Below are positions 43,788 to 55,942 of a stretch of DNA of 64,000 nucleotides, in pieces (positions within the stretch are counted from its first letter, which is position 1; the number at the start of each line of letters is the position of its first letter). Made by a program: the position numbers and the translations under genes. This stretch comes from Thecamonas trahens ATCC 50062 (lineage: Eukaryota > Protista > Apusomonadida), in assembly GCF_000142905.1 (NCBI RefSeq), contig NW_013657653.1:367008-431007 (forward strand), in the 5' to 3' direction. The notes under the pieces are model-generated. The model did no database searches and was not told the origin of the DNA. It worked only from the letters and a program-made list of their open reading frames with translations.

Positions 43788-45116
43788 CTACGCCACCGAG
43801 CCATGAAGCATCATGGTGACTTCCTCCTCGTCGTCGTCGTCGTCGTCATCGCCGAGGTTATAGTTGGCAGCATCGTTGACGATGGCGGCGACAGCGGCAG
43901 CGTCGTCATCGTGGTCGTGGGCATGGTCACCGGTAGTGTCCGAGGCACCGGTGGGCGAGGTGCTGGGCATGATAAAGTCCGAGCGATGGACCATGTCCTC
44001 GAGCTGGACCTCGAACTGGGCGAGGCGCGACTGGAGCGAGGTGTCGGTCTCGGCGAGTGACTGGGCGGCCGGGAGCTGAGAGAAGAGCGAGTTGCCTTGG
44101 CCGACGACGGGGGTCTCGTTGACGGCGGAGAACTGGGTGACGGCGGCGACGTCGGCGCCACCCTCGACGCGGGCGGCGCCGATGACGTAGGTGCCGACCG
44201 ACGACGGGCGAGCGGTGGTCGGCTCGGCGGTCGGGGCACGCAGATGCAGTTGGCGCGCAGCCTCGGCCTTGAGGGCGGCTTCGAGGAGCTCGGCAAGCTC
44301 GGCGACCTTGACGGCGGCAATCCGCGAGGCCTGCTTCATCTCGAGCACGCTGAGTGGGAGGCCGCCAAGCTTGGCCACGCCACACACCTCCTCGTGGACG
44401 TTGAGAGCAAAGATGGCCCGGGCGTCGGCAAGCGCCTCTTCTTTGGCCGACGGATCGACAACATACAGGTTGCGCGGCTTGGCGTCCCGTGACTTGGGCC
44501 TGGCCTCGGCGTCAGCAGGCGGGATGAAAAACGCAAACGAGACGCAAAACGGAATGTGATGGAGGGTGAGCCCAAGCGGAGTCTTCTCGGTCATGGGATG
44601 GACAACCAGGTTGCCTGCGGCATCGACCGAGGTGTCTGGCCGCTTAAAGTGGAGCATGGCAGCAACGGTGGCCAGAGCGGCAGCATCATGAACATTGCCG
44701 TCGTCATCAAGGACATGAATGTCGACACGAATGGCCCAAACCCACTGACCCGCGACAACGCAGAGCGACTCGGACTCGATTGCGCCCGAGTCTCGCAGCA
44801 TCTTCTCCACAAAGCTGGCGATGGCAGTCCTCGACGCCCTTGCCTTATGATCGACAGTGCCGGTGGCGGAATCGAGACCAGAAGCCTCGCAAAAGAACAG
44901 ATATGAGCCATCTGTGGGCCGATCAGGAGCAGGCTCGACCAGCTCGCCCGAGACCACCGCCAGAACTCGTGTGGTACCCAGGTGTGCCTCTGCCTGGCCG
45001 TAGACCTCGCCAAACGTCACCTTTGCCGCACGGACGTCCAGCAGTGCCCGTCCATCAGTACGAACTCCAGACACAATTGCTCTCCTGATAAACTTTGCTT
45101 CATTGCGGGAGAGCAT
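43788..45116 (-). CDS. EXOSC9: Exosome complex component RRP45
   Basis: RTDGRALLDVR, GQAEAHLGTTRVLA, ESLCVVAGQWVWAIRVDIHVLDDDGNVHDAA, LHFKRPD, LHHIPFCVSFAFF, VDPSAKEE. Confidence 0.95.
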   Translation of the reverse strand: MLSRNEAKFIRRAIVSGVRTDGRALLDVRAAKVTFGEVYGQAEAHLGTTRVLAVVSGELVEPAPDRPTDGSYLFFCEASGLDSATGTVDHKARASRTAIASFVEKMLRDSGAIESESLCVVAGQWVWAIRVDIHVLDDDGNVHDAAALATVAAMLHFKRPDTSVDAAGNLVVHPMTEKTPLGLTLHHIPFCVSFAFFIPPADAEARPKSRDAKPRNLYVVDPSAKEEALADARAIFALNVHEEVCGVAKLGGLPLSVLEMKQASRIAAVKVAELAELLEAALKAEAARQLHLRAPTAEPTTARPSSVGTYVIGAARVEGGADVAAVTQFSAVNETPVVGQGNSLFSQLPAAQSLAETDTSLQSRLAQFEVQLEDMVHRSDFIMPSTSPTGASDTTGDHAHDHDDDAAAVAAIVNDAANYNLGDDDDDDDEEEVTMMLHGSVA

Positions 45117-45386
45117 GGTTGTTGGTGGTGGGGGGTGGTGGGGGTGGGGGGGGTGTGGGGGGGGGGGAGTGGGGTGTGGCGGGGTGATGGTGATGGATGG
45201 CGTTGAGAGTTTGGCCGGCGGCGGGCGGAGGGGGGGGGGGGAGAGGGGAGAATCGGTACTGATGGTTGGTATTCGCCTTGCGACTGTTATGCGGGTGCTC
45301 GGGAGTATGTGTTCCTATTGTCGCTACCACTCAGGAGTTGCGAGACAAGCCGTCATCCATGAGGATTGTAATAATCCCATCAGCGC

Positions 45387-45920
45387 TCATGCTGCCTTCT
45401 CCGAGTCGGTCCGCGTCCGCGAGCTGTTAGCGACGTTTGTGGCCATCGTCGCAGGCATGATGCCCGCGCTAGCAAGTTGCATCGTGAGCTTGTGAATGCT
45501 ACTCTCCCGCTCGCGAATGGTGTCCGCAGCCTCCATCGCCTGCTTCACAATGGCATTGACCAAGTCCTTGATCTGCTTCGCCACCTCGTTCAACACCACC
45601 TGGTCCGTCTCCGATTTGGATGCTGCCCTGGCTCCTATCGAGTCAGGTATATCGCCACTTTCGCCACCGCCGGCTCTCCGCCACTCGGCCCGTGCCACTC
45701 GCTGCAGCATGCGCTCCCCTACGCCGCGACGCGTCCGCCATCGCCGCCGCCTCCACTCCGAGCCACGCCGCCTGCATCTGCATCCGCGTCGTTCGCCAGC
45801 CTTTCCCTCCTCGCCTTTCCCATCCAGCGCTGCCAGCTCTGCCTCCTCTCCCACGCCATCGGCCACCACCTCGAGCACTACCACCGCATCGTCGTCTTGC
45901 TTGCCGTCCTTGTCGCCCGT
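45387..45920 (-). CDS. Hypothetical protein with C-terminal coiled coil; 5' structure unresolved
   Basis: Coding-like 3' part LNEVAKQIKDLVNAIVKQAMEAADTIRERESSIHKL. No clear start; an upstream exon or frameshift is likely. Confidence 0.4.
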   Translation of the reverse strand, partial: TGDKDGKQDDDAVVVLEVVADGVGEEAELAALDGKGEEGKAGERRGCRCRRRGSEWRRRRWRTRRGVGERMLQRVARAEWRRAGGGESGDIPDSIGARAASKSETDQVVLNEVAKQIKDLVNAIVKQAMEAADTIRERESSIHKLTMQLASAGIMPATMATNVANSSRTRTDSEKAA

Positions 45921-46040
45921 CTCTCACTGCCACGGTCCCCGCTGTCGCCCGCCGCCGCTTCCGACCTGTACCCCCGCCCCGGCCCTTCCACCGAGGTCAC
46001 CCCCGCCCCGCCAATGTAGCATGTGGTGCAAACCGGGTGA

Positions 46041-47564
<1,524 letters not shown>

Positions 47565-48228
47565 AAGAGTCCGCTGCCACACACTCCCCGCGTCCCGCGT
47601 CCCGCGTCCCGCTCCGCCAGCTCCCGGCAGACAACGTCGTGAAAGTGTTTGGGGATTAGCCACAGACTAGCTGACCGTCAAATGTGGTTTGCAGAAGCGA
47701 CGTAGTTTCAAGTCACATCTGGGAGGTCTGTCGTGTGGACCTCGTAATGCACATGATGCGTCAGATTGTGGGGGGACATCGAGTCGGCAGAATCAAAGAT
47801 CAGCCATTCGTCGGCAAACTACAGCATGTGCTGCCTCCAAAACACGGCGACCACACCCGTTTCTTGTCGGCCTACTTCAAGACAGTGATTGCGTCGATAG
47901 GTACATCATGCCCCCATGTGTGCTGAGAGTTGACACGATGAGCATTGGCAAGTCTTCCAGCTCTTGAGTCCAGCCTCGTGTCGTTCTCCCTGGCGAGACA
48001 ACCCCCCCTCACACACACTCGGCGGCCTAAAGGACAACTCGCTCATCTCATCCGATGCCAGCAGAACGGGACACGTCCACATGATCGCAACACAACTGCC
48101 ATGTACAACCATGTCATCTCCACCCTCTCCCCTCATAAGTGGTCGGTCTGAGACGCAACGGGCCACCTGGCGGCCAGATGCCAACCAACTCAACTCGCCC
48201 ACCTCACTCGCTCCACAGCTCGCACAGC

Positions 48229-49194
48229 ATGTCCACGTCGACCATGGTGAGTCTACTCGAGGTGTTTGCCACCGGAGTGGCCCTGGCAGAGCCTGCGGCG
48301 GAGATTATCAAGAGCACTCGCGAGTCGGGCGAGCTGGAGACGGTCAACAAGGCGAGCGACGGCGGGTTCGATCCTGCGACGGCCGCCGATGCTGCGGTAC
48401 AGGCCTTGGTGGAGGGATCGGTGGGTGCGCGCTGGCCGGATCTGGTGGTTATCGGCGAGGAGGATGTTGTGCCGGTTGCTGCTGATGCTGCGGTGATGGT
48501 CGACAATGCTCGCGAGATGCTCACCGAGATGCTGCGCACCGGTGGGGAGGACGTGGCGGCGTGGTACAGGGTGCTCGACACGCAGGTAGCTCTCGACCGG
48601 GTCAAGGTTGTTGTGGATCCCCTGGACGGCACGCTAGCCTACACGCAGGGCAAGCTTCATGCGGTTCTGTTTCTGTTTGGCCTTGTGGTCGACGGCGAGC
48701 CGCTTGCGGCGGTGATCAAGCAGCCATGGCCGGAGACGTCCGGAGTGTCGGGCCTCACGCTCGCGGTTGTCGGCGCCGGCGTGATGGGCCTTCCGCCGCC
48801 ACCACCAACCCTCTTTCCCCACCCGCTGCCTGACGCTGCGCTTCGAGTCGTGGTCTCGGCCACCGATCGTGAGTTCCACAACAAGCTGGCCGCGAGCGTG
48901 GCCGCCGCCGGCGCCCATGTCACTCGCGCCCCGGGCTGCGGCTACAAAATGCTGCTGGTTGCCTGCGGCGCGGTCGACGCCTACTATCACCCCAAGGACT
49001 CATCGAGCATTTGGGACACGGCTGCACCCCAGGCGGTCCTCCACGCACTCGGCGGCGTCGTCACCGCCGCGCTCACCGGTGCCGCCCTCGACTACTCTGG
49101 CGCTGATCTCGGCAACCACGACGGGGTCACCGCCATCGGCCCTGGCCCGAACGCCCCTGCTGTCGCAGCCCTTCTGGACACGATTACCTTGTGA
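48229..49194 (+). CDS. Inositol monophosphatase family (BPNT1/INPP1-like) phosphatase
   Basis: T.AD, IGEED, VVDPLDGT, GCGYKML, WDTAAPQAVLHALGG. Confidence 0.9.
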   Translation: MSTSTMVSLLEVFATGVALAEPAAEIIKSTRESGELETVNKASDGGFDPATAADAAVQALVEGSVGARWPDLVVIGEEDVVPVAADAAVMVDNAREMLTEMLRTGGEDVAAWYRVLDTQVALDRVKVVVDPLDGTLAYTQGKLHAVLFLFGLVVDGEPLAAVIKQPWPETSGVSGLTLAVVGAGVMGLPPPPPTLFPHPLPDAALRVVVSATDREFHNKLAASVAAAGAHVTRAPGCGYKMLLVACGAVDAYYHPKDSSSIWDTAAPQAVLHALGGVVTAALTGAALDYSGADLGNHDGVTAIGPGPNAPAVAALLDTITL

Positions 49195-49381
49195 AAACAC
49201 CATGTAGCGACCTCGTTTGACAAACATGCAGCCGCCTTACAGCCGAGCCGGCACACAGTCGCCGCACAACCGCCGCACAGCCGCCGCATGTGGCACGCGA
49301 CAAGCATACCTGACAATAAGCGCGACGACTTGTCGCCCCCCCCCCCCCCCTCACTCCCCCTTCACCACCACCGCACTCAGT

Positions 49382-50646
49382 ATGACCACTTTCATTTCGC
49401 TGGGACTCCTGGCTCTTCTCGCGGTGGCGGTGACCGTGGCCCATGGCGATACGCCACCGCCTGCGTCTGCTGTGCTCTCGCTGGTCCAGGTGGTGACCCG
49501 CCACGGAGACCGAACGCCGACGACGGCTATTGCCAGCGATCCTGCGACATGGATTTGCCACGCATCGACGGTGCTCTCGCCGCTATTGGATCCACCGAGT
49601 CATGCGTCTGTGCCGAGTATGGGAAGGCTGTTCAACTTGCGGTTCATCGATGGTCGCCAGCCGCTGGCGGGTAACTGCTCGACCGGCCAGCTGACCAACA
49701 TTGGCCAGAAGCAGCAGCTGATGCTTGGCGCCGAACTGAGGAAGCGGTATGTCGAGGATGTTCCGCTGCTGCCGGGCTCTTACGACGCTGACCTCATGTA
49801 TGTCCGCGCTACTGACGTGCCGCGGACGATCATGAGCGCAGAGGAGCTGATCAACGGCATGTACCCGATGCCGAGCGGCTCGAGCTCGTCGAGCCAGGTT
49901 GTGGCGACGTGGACGATCGACACCTCGCGCGATCCGATGTCGATCAACCCCAAGCTCTGCCCGGCCATCTCCGAGACCATTGGCGAGTTCCTTGCTCACA
50001 ACCTGACCGTTGCCGAGCGGGTCACTGCCCTCCTCCTTCCGTTTGTGCCCGAGCTCGACCGTGCGCTCCAGACCAAGGACCCGCTCAAGGCGCTGGCATA
50101 CTACGACAACATCAACTGCCGCGTCCATCACGACCTCCCGCTTCCGGGCTCTCCGCCGCTCTCGATGGCCGCATACCATGCACTGTACGCGGCATGGAAC
50201 GAGGTCGGCATCGCTTTGTTCCACGGCTCGGCCTTTTCGCTCGGCCCGTTCTACGCCACCCTCCTCGACAACATGGCTGCCGCCAACACTGGCGGTTCTG
50301 GTCTTGCCAAGTTCCGGCTCTTTTCAGGACACGATACCTCTGTTGGCCCGCTCCTCGCCGCCATGGGCGTGTTCGATGGGTGTGGCCGCCTTACGCCTCG
50401 CATGTTGCGCTCGAGCTGTGGACCGTACCGGGCGCGCCGAGCAACGCCACCGTCCGTGTCCTGTACCTCGGCAAGCCGGTTGTCCTCCCAGCCTGCGCCG
50501 GTGCCGAGTACTGTCCGCTGGCTACCTTTGCTGCAACTCTCAAGCTCTCGATCCCGGACGACTACCAGGAGGCATGTAAGATCAAAAAGCTGACGAGCGA
50601 TGCGAGTGTCACAGCCATCGACTACCTGCACAGCGTGTGGCGGTAA
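49382..50646 (+). CDS. Secreted/lysosomal histidine acid phosphatase (ACP2/ACP6-like)
   Basis: Signal peptide, RHGDRTP, GQLT, RT..SA, SGHDTS. +1 G at 50378-50380 restores DGVWPPYASHVALELW and CPLATF. Confidence 0.92.
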
Positions 50647-50676
50647 GGCGACATAAAGCATTTTCTTATTCTTTCA

Positions 50677-51324
50677 TTATCGTTTTGATGCGCCGGCCCC
50701 ATGGCCGTGGTGGCCGTGGAAGAAGCATTCCGAGTTGGCCTTCCATCGCGACGGCGGCGGCGGCTCGATCTCGACGCCGTCATCGGCTGGCGCAGCAGCG
50801 TAGAACTCCTTCTTCCAGATCGGAACCGAGGCCTTGAGCGCGTCGATGGCCCAGGTGACGGCTGCCAGCGACTCAGCGCGATGCGGCGACGAGGCGAGAA
50901 TGACCACCGACGCGTCCGAGACCGGAACGGTGCCAATGCGGTGGGCGATGACAACGTGCAGGAGGTCCGGCCACTGCTCGCGTGCCTTGGCGCAGATCTT
51001 GGCCATCTCGCGCATGGCCATCGGCCCATACGCCTCGTACTCGAGTCGCTCCACAGGCTGGCCGTTGAAGTTGTCGCGCGTCACTCCCGAGAACATGGAA
51101 ACTGCGCCTGCACCAGACGCCAGAGCCCTTTCATACAAGGCGCCGATGTCAAGCGGGCCGTCGGAGAGCAGCACAAGGTCCGCGCCATCAGGACCGACAG
51201 CTTGCTCCACCGGCTCGGCCGGAACTGATGGTGGCGTCTCTGGGAGCGTGCCCGGCGGGAGGAGGTCAGTCGAGGCAGACGGATCGCGGGCGTGAGCATG
51301 GGCGCACGACGTGGGCGTCGACAT
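50677..51324 (-). CDS. MOCS2B: Molybdopterin synthase catalytic (large) subunit, MoaE-like
   Basis: GAVSMFSGVTRDNF, LEYEAY, HRIGTVPV, SSPHR, IDALKASVPIWKKE, WKANSE. Confidence 0.95.
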   Translation of the reverse strand: MSTPTSCAHAHARDPSASTDLLPPGTLPETPPSVPAEPVEQAVGPDGADLVLLSDGPLDIGALYERALASGAGAVSMFSGVTRDNFNGQPVERLEYEAYGPMAMREMAKICAKAREQWPDLLHVVIAHRIGTVPVSDASVVILASSPHRAESLAAVTWAIDALKASVPIWKKEFYAAAPADDGVEIEPPPPSRWKANSECFFHGHHGHGAGASKR

Positions 51325-51339
51325 CGTCGCTATGGCAGA

Positions 51340-51594
51340 TCACCCACCAGAAATGGGAGGGATGAAGCCGACTTCGTCGCCGTCGTGAAGAACCGGATCG
51401 GCGCCGTCGTCGAGGTACTCGAGATTGAGAACAAGGACCGAGGAAGTGGCCAGATGAGTCAGAGCGGGGAAGGCCGAGAGAATCGAGTCACTCAGCAGCG
51501 TCTGCAGCGAGGTACCGTCGGCAACGTCAAAGACCGACTCGTTGACTCCGGTCACGTCCTTGGCTGCTGCAAAGTAGAAGCAGGTAATGCGCAT
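51340..51594 (-). CDS. MOCS2A: Molybdopterin synthase sulfur-carrier (small) subunit, MoaD-like
   Basis: MRITCFYFAAAKDVTG...LNLEY...LHDGDEVGFIPPISGG*, with C-terminal GG. Confidence 0.95.
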   Translation of the reverse strand: MRITCFYFAAAKDVTGVNESVFDVADGTSLQTLLSDSILSAFPALTHLATSSVLVLNLEYLDDGADPVLHDGDEVGFIPPISGG

Positions 51595-51739
51595 GCACCC
51601 GAGCGGGAGAGGTGTGTATGGGTGGGGAGGGGGCGAGGCGCGGGCGTATGCGGGGGAAGAGGGGAGCTCGGGTGGGGTCGCGTCTCGCTCGGTCACGCGG
51701 CAGTTGCGAGTCGGGTGACACTTGGCTGGGCGGTTGACT

Positions 51740-54700
51740 TTACGCTGACGTCGGTGAGGGAGGCGAGACCTGTGACGCAGGAGTGCTGCCGTAGGTGCCG
51801 GCGGTCGGGGAGAGGAGCTGAGTCTCATCTGGGCGCTGGCGGGCGGCGGCACGGCGGGCGCGGAGGCGGAAGCCGACGACGACAGCGATGGCGAGGACGA
51901 TGGCGACAGCGGCGACGACGAGGCCGACGATGAGGCCGATGTTGGGACCAGAGACGTGGACTCGGAACGGCGAGTTGCGTGCACTCATGCCGTTGACCAT
52001 GACCAAGACCTCGTACTTGCCGGCTTTGCGGAAGCCAAAGCTTGCGCGCCAGGCGAGACTGGCCGGCTCGGCCGCCATGACGACGGTGCCGGAGACCGGG
52101 CCCGAGACGATAAGAGAGACGTTGTTGGAGCGGGCGGCCATGGCGCTGGCCGTCATGTCGTTGCCGTATCGGTCTGTGCCGCGGAGCCAGAACGTTCCGT
52201 CATGACCGTGGCTGAGCGCAGTTGGGCCCGTGGCGATGGAGGCTGGGCCGTAGAGAGCATCAGGCTCAATATGGACTCGGTACGGCGAGTCCGGCAGCGG
52301 CACGCCGTCTTGCACGATGGCGACGGCGTAGATGGCAGAAGCGTTGGTGGCCGGGTACGTGATGACAAACGGCGAGGTTTCCGAGACAAAGGCAATCGGA
52401 ACGGTCGCGCCGGAGCCGACCTCGGTGACGGCCACGTTGATGGCGGCGGCGGCGAGGGTGGCGCCGACGATGCGGTTGCCGTAGGCATCAAAGACGTCGA
52501 TGGTAAAGGCGTCGTCACCTGCGGCAGTGGAAGGCGAGACGCCAGAGCCGGCCACGGTGGTCTTGGGCCGGGCGGCGGCGGCAGGCGTGATGAGCGCCGG
52601 CAGCGGCTGGACCTGCGGCGCGACGACGGCGCCGTTGAGCAGAATCCACAGCTCGTACTGTGCGGCATGTGTCAGTCCATACGACGTGTGCCAGAGCAAG
52701 GTCTCGGCATCAAAGACAAAAGGAGGAAGCGGGATCGGGCGCCCGCCGCTCGTCAGCGGGGTGGCGGTGAGGTTTGCGGTGAGCGCGCGGGTGATGTTGA
52801 GCCCGACAAGGGCGACGTCGGCCGAGGTGAGGACGTTGCTCCACACGTCGCAGAGGACGAGCGAGATGTTGACCAGGGTACCTGCAGGATGAACGAGCTG
52901 CTGCGGGGAGGTAGCAATGGTCGATGTAGTGGCGTCGGGTGTGCTCGGGCCGAGAACAACCAGCAGTGGTGAGTCCGGAGGAGGAACACCGTCGACGGTA
53001 ACGGATACATGATACTCGCCGGCGAGAGTGGCAAAGTACTCAAAGGCAAAGATGCTGGCGTTGAGAAGGGTTGGTCCGGTAAGTGGGAGCGGAGCGAGTG
53101 GGGCAGCGACGGTAGTGACGTTGGCAGCGACGGCAAGGAGCGCAGGATCGATGACATTGCCGAACTCGTCGCGGGCGACAATGTAAAGAGCGAGGTTACG
53201 GCCGACATGCGAGCCAGACGGCGCGACGCCCGGTCCAGATACCAGGGTCTTGGACACGTCAGGCTTGTTGGTCGAGAGAAGAGTGAGTGGAAGTGGCGAG
53301 CCGGCAATAGCAGTGCCGGCGAGGGTGACGTCGACGGCGTAGTCGCCGGCGACAGTGGAAGAGTAGGTGAGAGTGTAGTTGCCGTCGGCGTGGTCGACGA
53401 GCGACAGGTCCAGGGCGGCCGGGCCCGAGGCCTGGACAGCCTTCAAGGGCGCACCGCCGACCACCTGCGGATTACCGTACTTGTCGAAGAGCGCAAAGTT
53501 GATGGCGGCGAGCGAGCCGACGACGGCGCCGTGGACGCCGTTGCCGGACGTGACAGTCGACGCCGGGTCGGGCAAGCCGGGCCGAATGCCGAACAGGTAC
53601 ACACCGCCGTTGTTGAGGAGGATCGACGAGATGGAGACGCCCATCGAGTACGGCTCGCCGGCACGGGTAAACTGATAGGTGCCGACGTAGCGACCGGCGT
53701 CGGCGTAGGTGACGGCAAAGTGCGGGTCGAGCGAGAGCGGGACGACGTCTGCGACGACCGGCGCGGCCGATTCGGCGGTGAGGTTGTTGCCGTAGACATC
53801 GACAGTCTGGATGGTGATGGGGAAGATCTGGCCGGCGTAGCCGTCGGTCGGGGTCGGGGCGTAGTGCGAGCGAGCGGCATCGAGCGCGGCCGGCGCGACG
53901 GTGACGGTATACGGCGAGTCGGCGACGGGCGCACCGCCAAGCTGGAGCAGAAGCTTGACTGGGCCGGCCCGCTGCAGCGAGTAGGTGCCAGAGTACACGC
54001 CATCACCGGTGTAGACAAGTTCGACCGAGCCCGTACCGGGAGCCGGCGGCGGGTCGAGTCGGGCAGTGAGGGAAGAGTCGGGGACCGGGTACGGGTAGAC
54101 AAAGCCATACTGGTCGTGGAGGGTGATGGAAAAGTGGGCGGTGGCGCCCGCGGTGGCGGCGGTGAGACCAGGTCCGGATGCAAGCGAGACGTTGGCGATC
54201 GGCTGCGAAAGCGAGGTGTAGTGCCATGCCATGAGCTGCTGCAGCGCACCGCCGGCCGGGCCAGTCGCGCCTGTAAAGCCGATTTTTGCGGCGCGGGAGG
54301 CCGGGGCGACGAGCGCAGGCAGGTCGTAGGCGTGGCAGGTGAAGACCGGGGTGGCAATGGGCTCGAACCAGACACGGAGTGAGGGGCTGGATCCTGGAGG
54401 CGCCCAGGCCAGCGGCGAGGAGTACTCAATGCGGATCTCGACGCCGTCTGGATTGAAGAACGAGGGCAGGGCGGTGGCCGGGGCACAGAGAACAGCCGGG
54501 GCGGCCTCGCGAGCCGAGTTGGGCTCGCCACCGAGCGAGTGGACAGAGATGTGAGGCAGCAGCGGATCGTTCATGTCGGCATCCGAGAAGATGTCAAACT
54601 CGACAGCGAGCGAGAGCGGAATGCCGGTGGTGCCTGTCGGCTCGGTGGCGGCGTAGCCGATGCCAGCACCAGCACCGGCATATTGCTTGGGCGATGCGTT

Positions 54701-55045
54701 GACGACAAAAGCTACGCCATCCTGGGCAGGTATGCCTTCGAGAGAAGTAAAGTTGAGCTTGAACGAGGTGACAAAGCCATTGAGCTGAACATGGTTGGTG
54801 GTGAAGACCGAGCCTGCGCCAGACAATGCGATGTCGGGCAGAGCCACGACGTGACGGCCACCGACCGAGACTACCTCGGCAATGGAGAGTTGCAAGCCAG
54901 CAGTCGAGGTAAAGTTAGAGTATGAGAATGCGGTAGCAGGAGGAGGTGTCGTCCCTGAGGAGAGCGAGAGTGAGAGAGAGAGCATGATGAAGAGGTAGAG
55001 CAAGTGCGAGTACGAGTCCTCCGAGCCGGCCAGCACGTGCGCCAT
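51740..55045 (-). CDS. Type I surface protein: legume (L-type) lectin domain + ~7 filamin-like Ig repeats + TM
   Basis: Hydrophobic leader; FSYSNF, DGVAFV, LAVEFDIF, IGFTGATG (L-lectin); repeats SGPG..F.I..D.YGN..G.Y..SP; TM IGLIVGLVVAAVAIVLAIAVVVGF followed by Arg cluster. Confidence 0.88.
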   Translation of the reverse strand: MAHVLAGSEDSYSHLLYLFIMLSLSLSLSSGTTPPPATAFSYSNFTSTAGLQLSIAEVVSVGGRHVVALPDIALSGAGSVFTTNHVQLNGFVTSFKLNFTSLEGIPAQDGVAFVVNASPKQYAGAGAGIGYAATEPTGTTGIPLSLAVEFDIFSDADMNDPLLPHISVHSLGGEPNSAREAAPAVLCAPATALPSFFNPDGVEIRIEYSSPLAWAPPGSSPSLRVWFEPIATPVFTCHAYDLPALVAPASRAAKIGFTGATGPAGGALQQLMAWHYTSLSQPIANVSLASGPGLTAATAGATAHFSITLHDQYGFVYPYPVPDSSLTARLDPPPAPGTGSVELVYTGDGVYSGTYSLQRAGPVKLLLQLGGAPVADSPYTVTVAPAALDAARSHYAPTPTDGYAGQIFPITIQTVDVYGNNLTAESAAPVVADVVPLSLDPHFAVTYADAGRYVGTYQFTRAGEPYSMGVSISSILLNNGGVYLFGIRPGLPDPASTVTSGNGVHGAVVGSLAAINFALFDKYGNPQVVGGAPLKAVQASGPAALDLSLVDHADGNYTLTYSSTVAGDYAVDVTLAGTAIAGSPLPLTLLSTNKPDVSKTLVSGPGVAPSGSHVGRNLALYIVARDEFGNVIDPALLAVAANVTTVAAPLAPLPLTGPTLLNASIFAFEYFATLAGEYHVSVTVDGVPPPDSPLLVVLGPSTPDATTSTIATSPQQLVHPAGTLVNISLVLCDVWSNVLTSADVALVGLNITRALTANLTATPLTSGGRPIPLPPFVFDAETLLWHTSYGLTHAAQYELWILLNGAVVAPQVQPLPALITPAAAARPKTTVAGSGVSPSTAAGDDAFTIDVFDAYGNRIVGATLAAAAINVAVTEVGSGATVPIAFVSETSPFVITYPATNASAIYAVAIVQDGVPLPDSPYRVHIEPDALYGPASIATGPTALSHGHDGTFWLRGTDRYGNDMTASAMAARSNNVSLIVSGPVSGTVVMAAEPASLAWRASFGFRKAGKYEVLVMVNGMSARNSPFRVHVSGPNIGLIVGLVVAAVAIVLAIAVVVGFRLRARRAAARQRPDETQLLSPTAGTYGSTPASQVSPPSPTSA

Positions 55046-55168
55046 GTCGTCCTCGGCTGGAGAGACGTGCCAGAATCAAGCGAGGGCGGTGGGCGGAGTG
55101 GCGGCAAACTGCGACCTTTCATTCCGACTGGTCTTCCATTGGGAGCATACTCGTCGTACGGACTGGTC

Positions 55169-55942
55169 ATGAGTGCTGCGTGTGTGGTATGTGGTGGAGA
55201 CGGCGGGAGGGTGGAGGGGGGCGAGGTGTGTATGTGTGGCGCATGTGTGTGCGTGTGTGTGTGTGTGGTGGGGGTGGGGGGTGGTGGTGGTGGGGTGGGG
55301 GGGTGGGAGGAGGAGGGNNNNNNNNNNNNNNNNNNNNNNNNNNNNNNNNNNNNNNNNNNNNNNNNNNNNNNNNNNNNNNNNNNNNNNNNNNNNNNNNNNN
55401 NNNNNNNNNNNNNNNNNGGGGGGGGGTGACTGACGTGGTGTGGGAGGTTGTGGAGGGATTAGGGCAATCTGTTTGCCAGCATCGATCACAAGTCGTGCTG
55501 CTGCCTCAACGAGGACGACGCGGCACCGCTGGCCAACGTGCTGACGGTCGAGCCGACCGATGCTGTGCTGCGGTCAGACTGCGATGAGCAGCTGCTGATC
55601 ACGGTGGCGTTTACCAGCAAGGTCAAGCTCCATTCGATTGTGATGGCATCAGGCGCGGCCAATGCGCCGTCGCACGTCAAGATCTTTGTCAACATGCCCT
55701 CGCTGAGCTTCGACGACGCAGAGGACGCCGAGCCGGTGCAGGAGCTGGATCTCGACGCCAAGGCTGTCGCCGCCGGGGACGCCATCCCTCTCGAGTTTGT
55801 GCGGTTCCAGAACGTGCGGAGCCTGACGCTGTTCATCGACGCCAACGCTGCAGACGACGACGTGACGGAGCTCTCGCACCTCGGCTTTATCGGGAGCTCG
55901 ACCGACGGCATGGACATGAGCGAGCTCAAGGCGGTCGGCTGA
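55169..55942 (+). CDS. PITH domain protein (TXNL1 C-terminal domain-like)
   Basis: CLNEDD, LRSDCDEQLLI.VAF..KVKLHSI, P.HVKIFVN, SFDDAE, LEFVRFQNVRSLTLFI. Predicted exon 1 55169-55186 and intron 55187-55462 spanning the gap. Confidence 0.88.
55318..55417. other. Assembly gap (100 N) inside a G-rich intron
   Basis: Run of N. Confidence 1.

Noticed and set aside
51340-51342. In-frame TGA as selenocysteine
   Set aside because: It follows the GG that must be the free C-terminus of the sulfur carrier, and no SECIS was recognised.
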